Assembly (NCBI GenBank): GCA_903813345.2
Contig: CAIIXF020000001.1
Coordinates: 24,738,001 to 24,802,000 of the forward strand
Reading direction: 5' to 3'
Source: Owenia fusiformis
Lineage: Eukaryota
DNA length: 64,000 bases
How positions within the stretch are numbered: position 1 is the first letter of the stretch; each line of letters begins with the position of its first letter. This document shows, in pieces, positions 1-15,000 of this stretch. The notes under the pieces were generated by a model. The model ran no database searches. It had not been told where the DNA came from and saw only the letters and a list, made by a program, of their open reading frames with translations. A program made the translations under genes and the position numbers.

Positions 1-3000
1 CTACAGCACCTGATGCTACAACTACAGTGGCTGACACAGCTACAGCTGATGCTACAACAACAGTTGCTGATACAACAACGGCTGATGTAACAACAACATT
101 AGCTGACACAACTACAGTGGCTGACGCAACTACGGCAGATTCTACAGCCTCTGATGCTACAACAACAGTTGCTGATACAACAACGGCTGATGTAACAACA
201 ACATTAGCTGACACAACTGCAGTGGCTGATGCAACTACGGCAGATACTACAGTAGCTGATGCTACAAGTACAGTGGCTGACACAAATGCAGCTGATGCTA
301 CAACAACAGTTGATGATGCAACAACGGCTGATGTTACAACAACAATAGCTGACACAACTACAGTGACTGACGCAACTACGGCAGATACTACAGCAGCTGA
401 TGCTACAAGTACAGTGGCTGACACAACTACAGCTGATGCTACAACAACAGTTGCTGACACAACTACAGTGGCTGACGCAACTACGGCAGATACTACAGCA
501 GCTGATGCTACAAGTACAGTGGCTGACACAACTAAAGCTGATGCTACAACAACAGTTGCTGATGCAACAACGGCTGATGTCACAACAACAGTGGCTGACA
601 CAACTACGGCAGATACTACAGCAGCTGGTGCTACAAGTACAGTGGCCGACACAACTACAGCAGATGTTACAACAACAGTTGCTGATGCAACAACGGCTGA
701 TGTTACAACAACAGTTGTTGACACAACTATAGTGGCTGATTCAACTACGGCAGATACTACAGCAGCTGATGCTACAAGTACAGTGGCTGACACAACTACA
801 CCTGATGCTACAACAACAGTTGCTGACACAACTACAGTGGCTGATGCGACTACGGCAGATACTACAGCAGCTGATGCTACAACTACAGTGGCTGACACAA
901 CTACAGTTGCTGACGCAACTACGGCAGATACTATAGTAGCTGATGCTACAACAACAGTGGCTGACACAACTACAGCTGATGCTACAACAACAGTTGCTGA
1001 TGCAACAACGGCTGATGTTACAACAACAGTTGCTGACACAACTACAGTGGCTGACGCAACTACGGCAGATACTACAGCAGCTGATGCTACAACTACAGTG
1101 GCTGACACAACTACAGCTGATGCTACAACAACAGTTGCTGATGCAACAACGGCTGATGTTACAACAACAAGAGCTGACACAACTACAGTGGCTGACGCAA
1201 CTACGGCAGATACTACAGCAGCTGATGCTACAACAACAGTTGCTGATGCAACAACGGCTGATGTTACAACAACAGTTGCTGATGCAACTACAGTGGCTGA
1301 TGCAACTACGGCAGATACTACAGCAGCTGATGCTACAACTACAGTGGCTGACACAACTACAGCTTATGCTACAACAACAGTTGCTGATGCAACAACGGCC
1401 GATGTTACAATAACAGTTGCTGACACAACTACAATGGCTGACGCAACTACGGCAGATACTACAGCAGCTGATGCTACAACTACAGTGGCTGACACAACTA
1501 CAGCTGATGTTGCAACAACAGTAGCTGACAAAACTACAGCGGCTTACGCAACTACGGCAGATACTACAGTTGCTGATGCAACAACGGCCGATGTTACAAC
1601 AACATTTGCTGACACAACAACAGAGGCTGACGCAACTACGGCAGATACTACAGCAGCTGATGCTACATCTACAGTGGCTGACACAACTACAGCTGATGGT
1701 ACAACAACAGTTGCTGATGCAACAACGGCTGATGTTACAACAACAGTTGCTGACACAACTACAGTGGCTGACGCAACTACGGCAGATACTACAGCAGCTG
1801 ATGCTACAACCACAGTGGCTGACACAACTACAGCTGATGCTACAACAACAGTTGCTGATGCAACAACGGCTGATGTTACAACAACAGTAGCTGACACAAC
1901 TACAGTGGCTGACGCATCTACGGCAGATACTACAGCAGCTGATGCTACAACTACAGTGGCTGACACAACTACAGCTGATGCTACAACAACAGTTGATGAT
2001 GCAACAACGGCTGATGTTACAACAACAGTAGCTGACACAACTACAGTGGCTGACGCAACTACGGCAGATACTACAGCAGCTGATGCTACAAGTACAGTGG
2101 CTGACACAACTACAGCTGATGCTACAACAACAGTTGCTGACACAACTACAGTGGCTGACCCAATTACGGCAGATACTACAGCAGTTGATGCTACAAGTAC
2201 AGTGGCTGACACAACTACAGCTGATGCTACAACAACAGTTGCTGATGCAACAACGGCTGATGTTACAACAACAGTTGCTGACACAGCTACAGTTGCTGAC
2301 GCAACTACGGCAGATACTACAGCAGCTAATGCTACAAGTACAGTGGCTAAAACAACTACAGCTGATGCTACAACAACAGTTGCTGATGCAACAACGGCTG
2401 ATGTTACAACAACAGTAGCTGACACAACTACAGTGGCTGACGCAACTACGGCAGATACTACAGCAGCTGATGCTACAACCACAACGGCTGATAGAACTAC
2501 AGCTGATGCTACAACAACAGTTGCTGATGCAACAACGGCTGATGTTACAACAACAGTTGCTGACACAACTACAGTTTCTGACGCAACTACGGTAGATACT
2601 ACAGCAGCTGATGCCACAACTACAGTGGCTGATACAACTACAGCTGATGCTACAACAACAGTTGCTGATGCAACAACGGCCGATGTTGCAATAACAGTTG
2701 CTGACACAACTACAGTTTCTGACGCAACTACGGTAGATACTACAGCAGCTGATGCTACAACTACAGTTGCTGACACAACTACAGTTGCTGACGCAACTAC
2801 GGCAGATACTTCAGCAGCTGATGCTACAAGTACAGTGGCTGACACAACTACAGCTGATGCTACAACAACAGTTGATGATGCAACAACGGCTGATGTTACA
2901 ACAACAATAGCTGACACAACTACAGTGGCTGACTCAACTACGGCAGATACTACAGCAGCTGATGCTACAAGTACAGTGGCTGACACAACTACAGCTGATG

Positions 3001-6000
3001 CTACAACAACAGTTGATGATGCAACAACGGCTGATGTTACAACAACAATAGCTGACACAACTACAGTGGCTGACGCAACTACGGCAGATACTACAGCAGC
3101 TGATGCTACAAGTACAGTGGCTGACACAACTACAGCTGATGCTACAACAACAGTTGCTGACACAACTACAGTGGCTGACGCAACTACGGCAGATACTACA
3201 GCAGCTGATGCTACAAGTACAGTGGCTGACACAACTAAAGCTGATGCTACAACAACAGTTGCTGATGCAACAACGGCTGATGTCGCAACAACAGTGGCTG
3301 ACACAACTACGGCAGATACTACAGCAGCTGGTGCTACAAGTACAGTGGCCGACACAACTACAGCAGATGTTACAACAACAGTTGCTGATGCAACAACGGC
3401 CGATGTTACAACAACAGTTGTTGACACAACTATAGTGGCTGATGCAACTACGGCAGATACTACAGCAGCTGATGCTACAAGTACAGTGGCTGACACAACT
3501 ACACCTGATGCTACAACAACAGTTGCTGACACAACTACAGTGGCTGATGCAACTACGGCAGATACTACAGCAGCTGATGCTACAAGTACAGTGGCTGACA
3601 CAACTACAGCTGATGCTACAACAACAGTTGCAGATGCAACAACGGCTGATGTTACAACAACAGTTGTTGACACAACTACAGTGGCTGATGCAACTACGGC
3701 AGATACTACAGCAGCTGATGCTACAACTACAGTGGCTGACACAACTACAGCTGATGCTACAACAACAGTTGCTGATGCAACAACGGCCGATGTTACAATA
3801 ACAGTTGCTGACACAACTACAGTGGCTGATGCAACTACGGCAGATACTACAGCACCTGATGCTACAACTACAGTGGCTGACACAGCTACAGCTGATGCTA
3901 CAACAACAGTTGCTGATACAACAACGGCTGGTGTAACAACAACATTAGCTGACACAACTGCAGTGGCTGACGCAATTACGGCAGATTCTACAGCCTCTGA
4001 TGCTACAACTACAGTTGCTGACACAACTACAGCTGATGCTACAACAACAGTTGCTGATGTTACAACGGCTGATGTTACAACAACAGTTGCTGACACAACT
4101 ACATTGGCTGACGCAACTAAGGCAGATACTACAGCAGTTGATGCTACAAGTATAGTGGCTGACACAATTACAGCTGATACTACAACAACAGTTGCTGAGG
4201 CAACAACGGCTGATGTTACAACAACAGTAGCTGCCACAACTACAGTGGCTGACGCAACTACGGCAGATACTTCAGCAGCTGATGCTACAAGTACAGTGGC
4301 TGACACAACTACAGCTGATGCTACAACAACAGTTGATGATGCAACAACGGCTGATGTTACAACAACAATAGCTGACACAATTACAGTGGCTGACGCAACT
4401 ACGGCAGATACTACAGCAGCTGATGCTACAAGTACAGTGGCTGACACAACTTCAGCTGATGCTACAACAACAGTTGCTGATGCAACAACGGCTGATATTA
4501 CAACAACAGTAGCTGACACAACTACAGTGGCTGACGCAACTACGGCAGATACTACAGCAGCTGATGCTACAAGTACAGTGGCTGACACAACTACAGCTGA
4601 TGCTACAACAACAGTTGCTGACACAACTACAGTGGCTGACGCAACTACGGCAGATACTACAGCAGCTGATGCTACAAGTACAGTGGCTGACACAACTAAA
4701 GCTGATGCTACAACAACAGTTGCTGATGCAACCACGGCTGATGTCACAACAACAGTGGATGACACAACTACGGCAGATACTACAGCAGCTGGTGCTACAA
4801 GTACAGTGGCCGACACAACTACAGCAGATGTTACAACAACAGTTGCTGATGCAACAACGGCTGATGTTACAACAACAGTTGTTGACACAACTATAGTGGC
4901 TGATGCAACTACGGCAGATACTACAGCAGCTAATGCTACAAGTACAGTGGCTGACACAACTACAGCTGATGCTACAACAACAGTTGCTGACACAACTACT
5001 GTGGCTGATGCAACTACGGCAGATACTACAGCAGCAGATGCTACAAGTGCAGTGGCTGACACAACTACAGCTGATGCTACAACAACAGTTGCAGATGCAA
5101 CAACGGCTGATGTTACAACAACAGTTGTTGACACAACTACAGTGGCTGAAGCAACTACGGCAGATACTACAGCAGCTGATGCTACAACTACAGTGGCTGA
5201 CACAACTACAGTTGCTGACGCAACTACGGCAGATACTATAGTAGCTGATGCTACAACTACAGTGGCTGACACAACTACAGCTGATGCTACAACAACAGTT
5301 GCTGATGCAACAACGGCTGATGTTACAACAACAGTAGCTGACACAACTACAGTGGCTGACGCATCTACGGCAGATACTACAGCAGCTGATGCTACAACTA
5401 CAGTGGCAGACACAACTACAGCTGATGCTACAACAACAGTTGATGATGCAACAACGGCTGATGTTACAACAACAGTAGCTGACACAACTACAGTGGCTGA
5501 CGCAACTACGGCAGATACTACAGCAGCTGATGCTACAAGTACAGTGGCTGACACAACTACAGCTGATGCTACAACAACAGTTGCTGACACAACTACAGTG
5601 GCTGACGCAATTACGGCAGATACTACAGCAGTTGATGCTACAAGTACAGTGGCTGACACAACTACAGCTGATGCTACAACAACAGTTGCTGATGCAACAA
5701 TGGCTGATGTTACAACAACAGTTGCTGACACAGCTACAGTTGCTGACGCAACTACGGCAGATACTACAGCAGCTGATGCTACAAGTACAGTGGCTGAAAC
5801 AACTACAGCTGATGCTACAACAACAGTTGCTGATGCAACAACAGCTGATATTACAACAACAGTAGCTGACACAACTACAGTGGCTGACGCAACTACGGCA
5901 GATACTACAGCAGCTGATGCTACAACTACAGTTGCTGACACAACTACAGTTGCTGACGCAACTACGGCAGATACTACAGCAGCTGATGCTACAACTACAG

Positions 6001-9000
6001 TGGCTGACACAACTACAGCTGATGCTACAACAACAGTTGCTGATGCAACAACGGCTGATGTTACAACAACAGTTGCTGACACAACTACAGTGGCTGACGA
6101 AACTACGGCAGATACTACAGCAGCTGATGCTACAACTACAGTGGCTGACACAACTACAGCTGATGCTACAACAACAGTTGCTGATGCAACAACGGCTGAT
6201 GTTACAACAACAAGAGCTGACACAACTACAGTGGCTGACGCAACTACGGCAGATACTACAGCAGCTGATGGTACAACAACAGTTACTGATGCAACAACGG
6301 CTGATGTTACAACAACAGTTGCTGATGCAACAACGGCTGATGTTACAACAACAGTAGCTGTCACAACTACAGTGGCTGACGCAACTACGGCAGATACTAC
6401 AGCAGCTGATGCTACAACTACAGTGGCTGACACAACTACAGCTGATGCTACAACAACAGTTGCTGATGCAACAACGGCTGATGTTACAACAACAGTTGCT
6501 GAAGGAAATACGGCAGATACTACAGCAGCTGATGCTACAACTACAGTGGCTGACACAACTACAGCTGATGCTACAACAACAGTTGCTGATGCAACAACGG
6601 CTGATGTTACAACAACAGTTGCTGATGCAACAACGGCTGATGTTACAACAACATTTGCTGACACAACTACAGTGGCTGATGCAACTACGGCAGATACTAC
6701 AGCAGCTGATGCTACAACTACAGTGGCTGACACAACTACAGCTGATGCTACAACAACAGTTGCTGATGCAACAACGGCTGATATTACAACAACAGTAGCT
6801 GACACAACTACAGTGGCTGACGCAACTACGGCAGATACTACAGCAGTTGATGCTACAACCACAGCGGCTGATAGAACTACAGCTGATGCTACAACAACAG
6901 TTGCTGATGCAACAACGGCTGATGTTACAACAACAGTAGCTGACACAACTACAGTGGCTGACACAACTACAGCTGATGCTACAACAACAGTTGCTGATGC
7001 AACAACGGCTGATGTTACAACAACAGTTGCTGACACAACTACAGTTTCTGACGCAACTACGGTAGATACTACAGCAACTGATGCCACAACTACAGTGGCT
7101 GACACAACTACAGCTGATGCTACAACAACAGTTGCTGATGCAACAACGGCTGATGTTACAACAACAGTAGCTGACACAACTACAGTGGCTGATGCAACTA
7201 CGGCAGATACTACAGCAGCTGATGCTACAAGTACAGTGGCTGACACAACTACAGCCGATGCTACAACAACAGTTGCTGATGCAACAACGGCTGATGTTAC
7301 AACAACAGTAGCTGACACAATTACAGTGGCTGACGCAACTACGGCAGATACTACAGCAGCTGATGCTACAGCTACAGTGGCTGACACAACTACAGCTGAT
7401 GCTACAACAACAGTTGATGATGCAACAACGGCTGATGTTACAACAACAGTAGCTGACACAACTACAGTGGCTGACGCAACTACGGCAGATACTACAGAAG
7501 CTGATGCTACAACAACAGTAGCTGACACAACTACAGTGGCTGACGCAACTACGGCAGATACTACAGTTGCTGATGCAACAACGGCCGATGTTACAACAAC
7601 ATTTGCTGACACAACAACAGTGGCTGACGCAACTACGGCAGATACTACAGCAGCTGATGCTACATCTACAGTGGCTGACACAACTACAGCTGATGGTACA
7701 ACAACAGTTACTGATGCAACAACGGCTGATATTACAACAACAGTAGCTGACACAACTACAGTGGCTGACGCAACTACGGCAGATACTACAGCAGCTGATG
7801 CTACAACCACAGCGGCTGATAGAACTGCAGCTGATGCTACAACAACAGTTGCTGATGCAACAACGGCTGATGTTACAACAACAGTTGCTGACACAACTAC
7901 AGTTTCTGACGCAACTACGGCAGATACTAGAGCAGCTGATGCTACAAGTACAGTGGCTGGCACAACTACAGCCGATGCTACAACAACAGTTGCTGATGCA
8001 ACAACGGCTGATGTTACAACAACAGTAGCTGACACAACTACAGTGGCTGACGCAACTACGGCAGATACTACAGCAGCTGATGCTACAACCACAGTGGCTG
8101 ACACAACTACAGCTGATGCTACAACAACAGTTGCTGATGCAACAACGGCTGATGTTACAACAACAGTAGCTGATACAACTACAGTGGCTGACGCAACTTC
8201 GTCAAATACTACAGCAGCTGATGCTACAACTACAGTGGCTGACACAACCACAGCTGATGCTACAACAACAGTTGCTGATGCAACAACGGCTGATGTTACA
8301 ACAACAGTTGCTGACACAACTACAGTGGCTGACACAACTACAGCTGATGCTACAACAACAGTTGCTGATGCAACAACGGCTGATGTTACAACAACAGTTG
8401 CTGACACAACTACAGTTTCTGACGCAACTACGGCAGATACTACAGCAGCTGATGCTACAAGTACAGTGGCTGACACAACTACAGCCGATGCTACAACAAC
8501 AGTTGCTGATGCAACAACGGCTGATGTTACAACAACAGTAGCTGACACAACTACAGTGGCTGACGCAACTACGGCAGATACTACAGCAGCTGATGCTACA
8601 TCTACAGTGGCTGACACAACTACAGCTGATGGTACAACAACAGTTGCTGAGGCAACAACGGCTGATGTTACAACAACATTTGCTGACACAACAACAGTGG
8701 CTGACGCAATTACGGCAGATACTACAGCAGCTGATGCTACATCTACAGTGGCTGACACAACTACAGCTGATGGTACAGCAACAGTTGCTGATGCAACAAC
8801 GGCTGATGTTACAACAACAGTTGCTGACACAACTACAGTGGCTGACACAACTACGGCAGATACTACAGCAGCTGATGCTACAACCACAGTGGCTGACACA
8901 ACTACAGCTGATGCTACAACAACAGTTGCTGATGCAACAACGGCTGATGTTACAACAACAGTAGCTGACACAACTACAGTGGCTGACGCATCTACGGCAG

Positions 9001-12000
9001 ATACTACAGCAGCTGATGCTACAACTACAGTGGCTGACACAACTACAGCTGATGCTACAACAACAGTTGATGATGCAACAACGGCTGATGTTACAACAAC
9101 AGTAGCTTACACAACAACAGTTGATGATGCAACAACGGCTGATGTTACAACAACAGTAGCTGACACAACTACAGTGGCTGACGCAACTACGGCAGATACT
9201 ACAGCAGCTGATGCTACAAGTACAGTGGCTGACACAACTACAGCTGATGCTACAACAACAGTTGCTGACACAACTACAGTGGCTGATGCAACTACGGCAG
9301 ATACTACAGCAGCTGATGCTACAAGTACAGTGGCTGACACAACTACAGCTGATGCTACAACAACAGTTGCTGATGCAACAACGGCTGATGTTAAAACAAC
9401 AGTTGCTGACACAACTACAGTTGCTGACGCAACTACGGCAGATACTACAGCAGCTGATGCTACAAGTACAGTGGCTGAAACAACTACAGCTGATGCTACA
9501 ACAACAGTTGCTGATGCAACAACGGCTGATGTTACAACAACAGTTGCTGACACAACTACAGTGGCTGACGCAACTACGGCAGATACTACAACAGCTGATG
9601 CTACAACTACAGTGGCTGACACAACTACAGCTGATGCTACAACAACAGTTGCTGATGCAACAACGGCAGATACTACAGCAGCTGATGCTACATTTACAGT
9701 GGCTGACACAACTACAGCTGATGCTACAACAACAGTTGCTGATGCAACAACGGCTGATGTTACAACAACAGTTGCTGACACAACTACAGTGGCTGATGCA
9801 ACTAAGGCAGATACTACAGCAACTGATGCTACATACACAGTGGCTGACACAACTACAGCTGATGCTACAACAACAGTAGCTGACACAACTACAGTGGCTG
9901 ACGCAACTACGGCAGATACTACAGCAGCTGATGGTACAACTACAGTGGCTGACACAACTACAGCTGATGCTATAACAACAGTTGCTGATGCAACAACGAC
10001 TGATGTTACAACAACAGTAGCTGACACAACTACAGTGGCTGACACAACTACAGCTGATGCTACAGCAACAGTTGCTGATGCAACAACGGCTGATGTTACA
10101 ACAACAGTTGCTGACACAACTACAGTGGCTGACGCAACTACGGCAGATACTACAGCAGCTGGTGCTACAACTACATTGGCTGACACAACTACAGCTGATG
10201 CTACAACAACAGTTGCTGATGCAACAACGGCTGATGTTACAACAACAGTTGCTGACACAACTACAGTGTCTGACGCAACTACGGCAGATACTACAGCAGC
10301 TGATGCTACAACCACAGTGGCTGACACAACTACAGCTGATGCTACAACAACAGTTTCTGATGCAACAACGGCTGATGTTACAACAACAGTTGCTTACACA
10401 ACTACAGTTGCTGACACAACTACGGTAGATACTACAGCAGCTGATGCCACAACTACAGTGGCTGACACAACTACAGCTGATGCTACAACAACAGTTGCTG
10501 ATGCAACAACGGCTGATGTTACAACAACAGTAGCTGACACAACTACAGTGGCTGGCGTAACTACGGCAGATACTACAGTTGCTGATGCAACAACGGCCAA
10601 TGTTACAACAACATTTGCTGACACAACAACAGTGGCTGACGCAACTACGGCAGATACTACAGCAGCTGGTGCTACAACTACATTGGCTGACACAACTACA
10701 GCTGATGCTACAACAACAGTTTCTGATGCAACAGCGGCTGATGTTACAACAACAGTTGCTTACACAACAACAGTTGCTGACACAACTACAGTGGCTGATG
10801 CAACTAAGGCAGATACTACAGCAACTGATGCTACAACCAGAGTGGCTGACACAACTACAGCTGATGCTACAACAACAGTTGCTGATACAACTACAGTGGC
10901 TGACGCAACTACGACAGATATTATAGCAGCTGATGCTACAACCACAGTGGCTGACACAACTACAGCTGATGCTACAACAACAGTTGCTGATGCAACAACG
11001 GCTGATGTTACAACAACAGTAGCTGACACAACTACAGTGGCTGACGCAACTGCGGCAGATACTACAGCAGCTGATGCTATAACTACAGTGGCTGACACAA
11101 ATACATCTGATGCTACAACAACAGTTGCTGATGCAACAACGGCTGATATTACAACAGCAGTTGCTGATACAGCTACAGTGATTGACGCAACTACGGCAGA
11201 TACTACAGCAGCTGATGCTACAACCACAGCGGCTGATACAACTACAGCTGATGCTACAACAACAGTTGCTGATGCAACAACGGCTGATGTTACAACAACA
11301 ATAGCTGACACAACTACAGTGGCTGACACAACTACAGCTGATGCTACAACAACAGTTTCTGATGCAACAACGGCTGATGTTACAACAACAGTTGCTTACA
11401 CAACTACATTTGCTGACACAACTACGGTAGATACTACAGCAGCTGATGCCACAACTACAGTGGCTGACACAACTACAGCTGATGCTACAACAACAGTTGC
11501 TGATGCAACAACGGCTGATGTTACAACAACAGTTGCTGACACAACTACAGTGTCTGACGCAACTACGGCAGATACTACAGCAGCTGATGCTACAACCACA
11601 GTGGCTGACACAACTACAGCTGATGCTACAACAACAGTTGCTGATGCAACAACGGCTGATGTTACGATAACAGTAGCTGACACAACTACAGTGGCTGACG
11701 CAAGTACGGCAGATACTACAGCAGCTGATGCTACAACTACAGTGGCTGACACAACTACAGCTGATGCTACAACAACAGTTGCTTATGCAACAACGGCTGA
11801 TGTTACAACAACAGTTGCTGACACAACTACAGTTGCTGACGCAACTACAGCAGATACTACAGCAGCTGATGCTACAATTTCAGTGGCTGAAACAACTACA
11901 GCTGATGCTACAACAACAGTTGCTGATGCAACAACGGCTGATGTTACAACAACAGTAGCTGACACAACTACAGTGGCTGACGCAACTACGGCCGATACTA

Positions 12001-15000
12001 CAGCAGCTGATGCTACAACCACAGCGGCTGATACAACTACAGCTGATGCTACAACAACAGTTGCTGATGCAACAACGGCTGATGTTACAACAACAGTAGC
12101 TGACACAACTACAGTGGCTGACACAACTACAGCTGATGCTACAGCAACAGTTGCTGATGCAACAACGGCTGATGTTACAACAACAGTTGCTGACACAACT
12201 ACAGTGGCTGACGCAACTACGGCAGATACTACAGCAGCTGATGCTACAACTACAGTGGCTGACACAACTACAGCTGATGCTACAACAACAGTTGCTGATG
12301 CAACAACGGCTGATGTTACAACAACAGTTGCTCACACAACTACAGTGGCTGACGCAACTACGGCAGATACTACAGCAGCTGATGCTACAAGTACAGTGGC
12401 TGACACAACTACAGCTGATGCTACGACAACAGTTGCTGATGCAACAACGGATGATGTTACAACAACAGTAGCTGACACAACTACAGTGGCTGATGCAACT
12501 ACGGCAGATACAACAGCAGCTGATGCTCCAAGTACAGTGGCAGACACAACTACAGCTGATGCTACAACAACAGTTGATGATGCAACAACGGCTGATGTTA
12601 CAACAACAGTAGCTGACACAACTACAGTGGCTGACGCAACTACGGCAGATACTACAGCAGCTGATGCTACAAGTACAGTGGCTGACATAACTACAGCTGA
12701 TGCTACAACAACAGTTGATGATGCAACAACTGCCGATGTTACAACAACATTTGCTGACACAACAACAGTGGCTGACGCAACTACGGCAGATACTACAGCA
12801 GTTGATGCTACAAGTACAGTGGCTGACACAATTACAGCTGCTTCTACAACAACAGTTGCTGATGCAGCAACGGCTGATGTTACAACAACAGTAGCTGACA
12901 CAACTACAGTGGCTGAAACAACTATGGCCGATACTACAGCAGCTGATGCTACAAGTACAGTGGCTGACACAACTACAGCTGATGCTACAATAACAGTTGC
13001 TGATGCAACAACGGCCGATGTTACAATAACAGTTGCTGACACAACTACAGTGGCTGACGCAACTACGGCAGATACTACAGCAGCTGATGCTACAAGTACA
13101 GTGGCTGACACAACTATAGCTGATGATAGAACCACAGTTGCTGATGCAACTACGGCTGATGTTACAACAACAGTAGCTGACACAACTACAGAGGCTGACG
13201 CAACTACGGCAGATACTTTAGCAGCTCATGCTACAAGTACAGTGGCTGACACAACTACAGCTGATGCTACAACAACAGTTGCAGATGCAATAACGGCTGA
13301 TATTACAACAACAGTTGCTGACACAACTACAGTGGTTGACGCAACTACGGCAGATACTACAGCAGCTGAGGCTACAACTACAGTGGCTGACACAGCTACA
13401 GCTGATGCTACAACAACGTTTGCAGATGCAACAACGGCTGATGTTACAACAACAGTTGTTGACACAACTACAGTGGCTGATGCAACTACGGCAGATACTA
13501 CAGCCTCTGATGCTACAAGTACAGTGGCTGACACAACAACAGCTGATGCTACAACAACACTTGCTGATGCAACAACGGCTGATGTTACAACAAGAGTAGC
13601 TGACACAACTACAGTGGCTGACGCAACTACGGCAGATACTACAGCAGCTGATGTTACAAGTACAGTGGCCGACACAACTACAGCTGATGCTACAACAACA
13701 GTTGCTGATGCAACAACGGCTGATGTTACAACAACAGTAGCTGACACAACTACAGTGCCCGACACAACTACGGCAGATACTACAGCAGCTGATGCTACAA
13801 CCACAGTGGCTGACACATCTACAGCTGAAGCTACAACAACAGTTGCTGATGCAACAACGACTGATGTTACAACAACAGTAGCTGACACAACTACAGTGGC
13901 TGAAGCAACTACGGCAGATACTACAGCAGCTGATGCTACAAGTACAGCGGCTGACACAACTACAGCTGATGCTACAACAACAGTTGCTGATGTAACAACG
14001 GCTGATATAACAAAAACAGTTGCTGACACAAATACAGTGGCTGACGCATCTACGACAGATACTACAGCACCTGATGCTACAACTACAGTGGCTGACACAG
14101 CTACAGCTGATGCTACAACAGCAGTTGCTGATACAACAACGGCTGATGTTACAACAACAGTAGCTGACACAACTGCAGTGGCTGACGCAACTACGGCAGA
14201 TTCTACAGCCTCTGATGCTACAAGTACAGTTGCTGACACAACTACAGCTGATGCTACAACAACAGTTGCTGATGTTACAACGGCTGATGTTACAACAACA
14301 GTTGCTGACACAACTACAGTGGCTGACGCAACTACGGCAGATACTACAGCAGTTAATGCTACAAGTACAGTGGCTGACACAATTACAGCTGATACTACAA
14401 CAACAGTTGCTGATGCAACAACGGCTGATGTTACAACAACAGTAGCTGACACAACTACAGTGGCTGAAACAACTATGGCAGATACTACAGCAGCTGATGC
14501 TACAAGTACAGTGGCTGACACAACTACAGCTGATGCTTCAACAACAGTTGCTGATGCAACAACGGCCGATGTTACAATAACAGTTGCTGACACAACTACA
14601 GTGGCTGATGCAACTACGGCAGATACTACAGCAGCTGATGCTACAAGTACAGTGGCTGACACAACTATAGCTGAGGAAACAACCACAGTTGAGGATGCAA
14701 CTACGGCTGATGTTACAACAACAGTAGCTGACACAACAACAGTGGCTGACGCAACTACGGCAGATACTTCAGCAGCTGATGCTACAAGTACAGTGGCTGA
14801 CACAACTACAGCTGATGCTACAAGAACAGTTGATGATGCAACAACGGCTGATGTTACAACAACAATAGCTGACACAACTACAGTGGCTGACGCAACTACG
14901 GTAGATACTACAGCAGCTGATGCTACAAGTACAGTGGCTGACACAACTACAGCTGGTGCTACAACAACAGTTGCAGATGCAACAACGGCTGATATTACAA

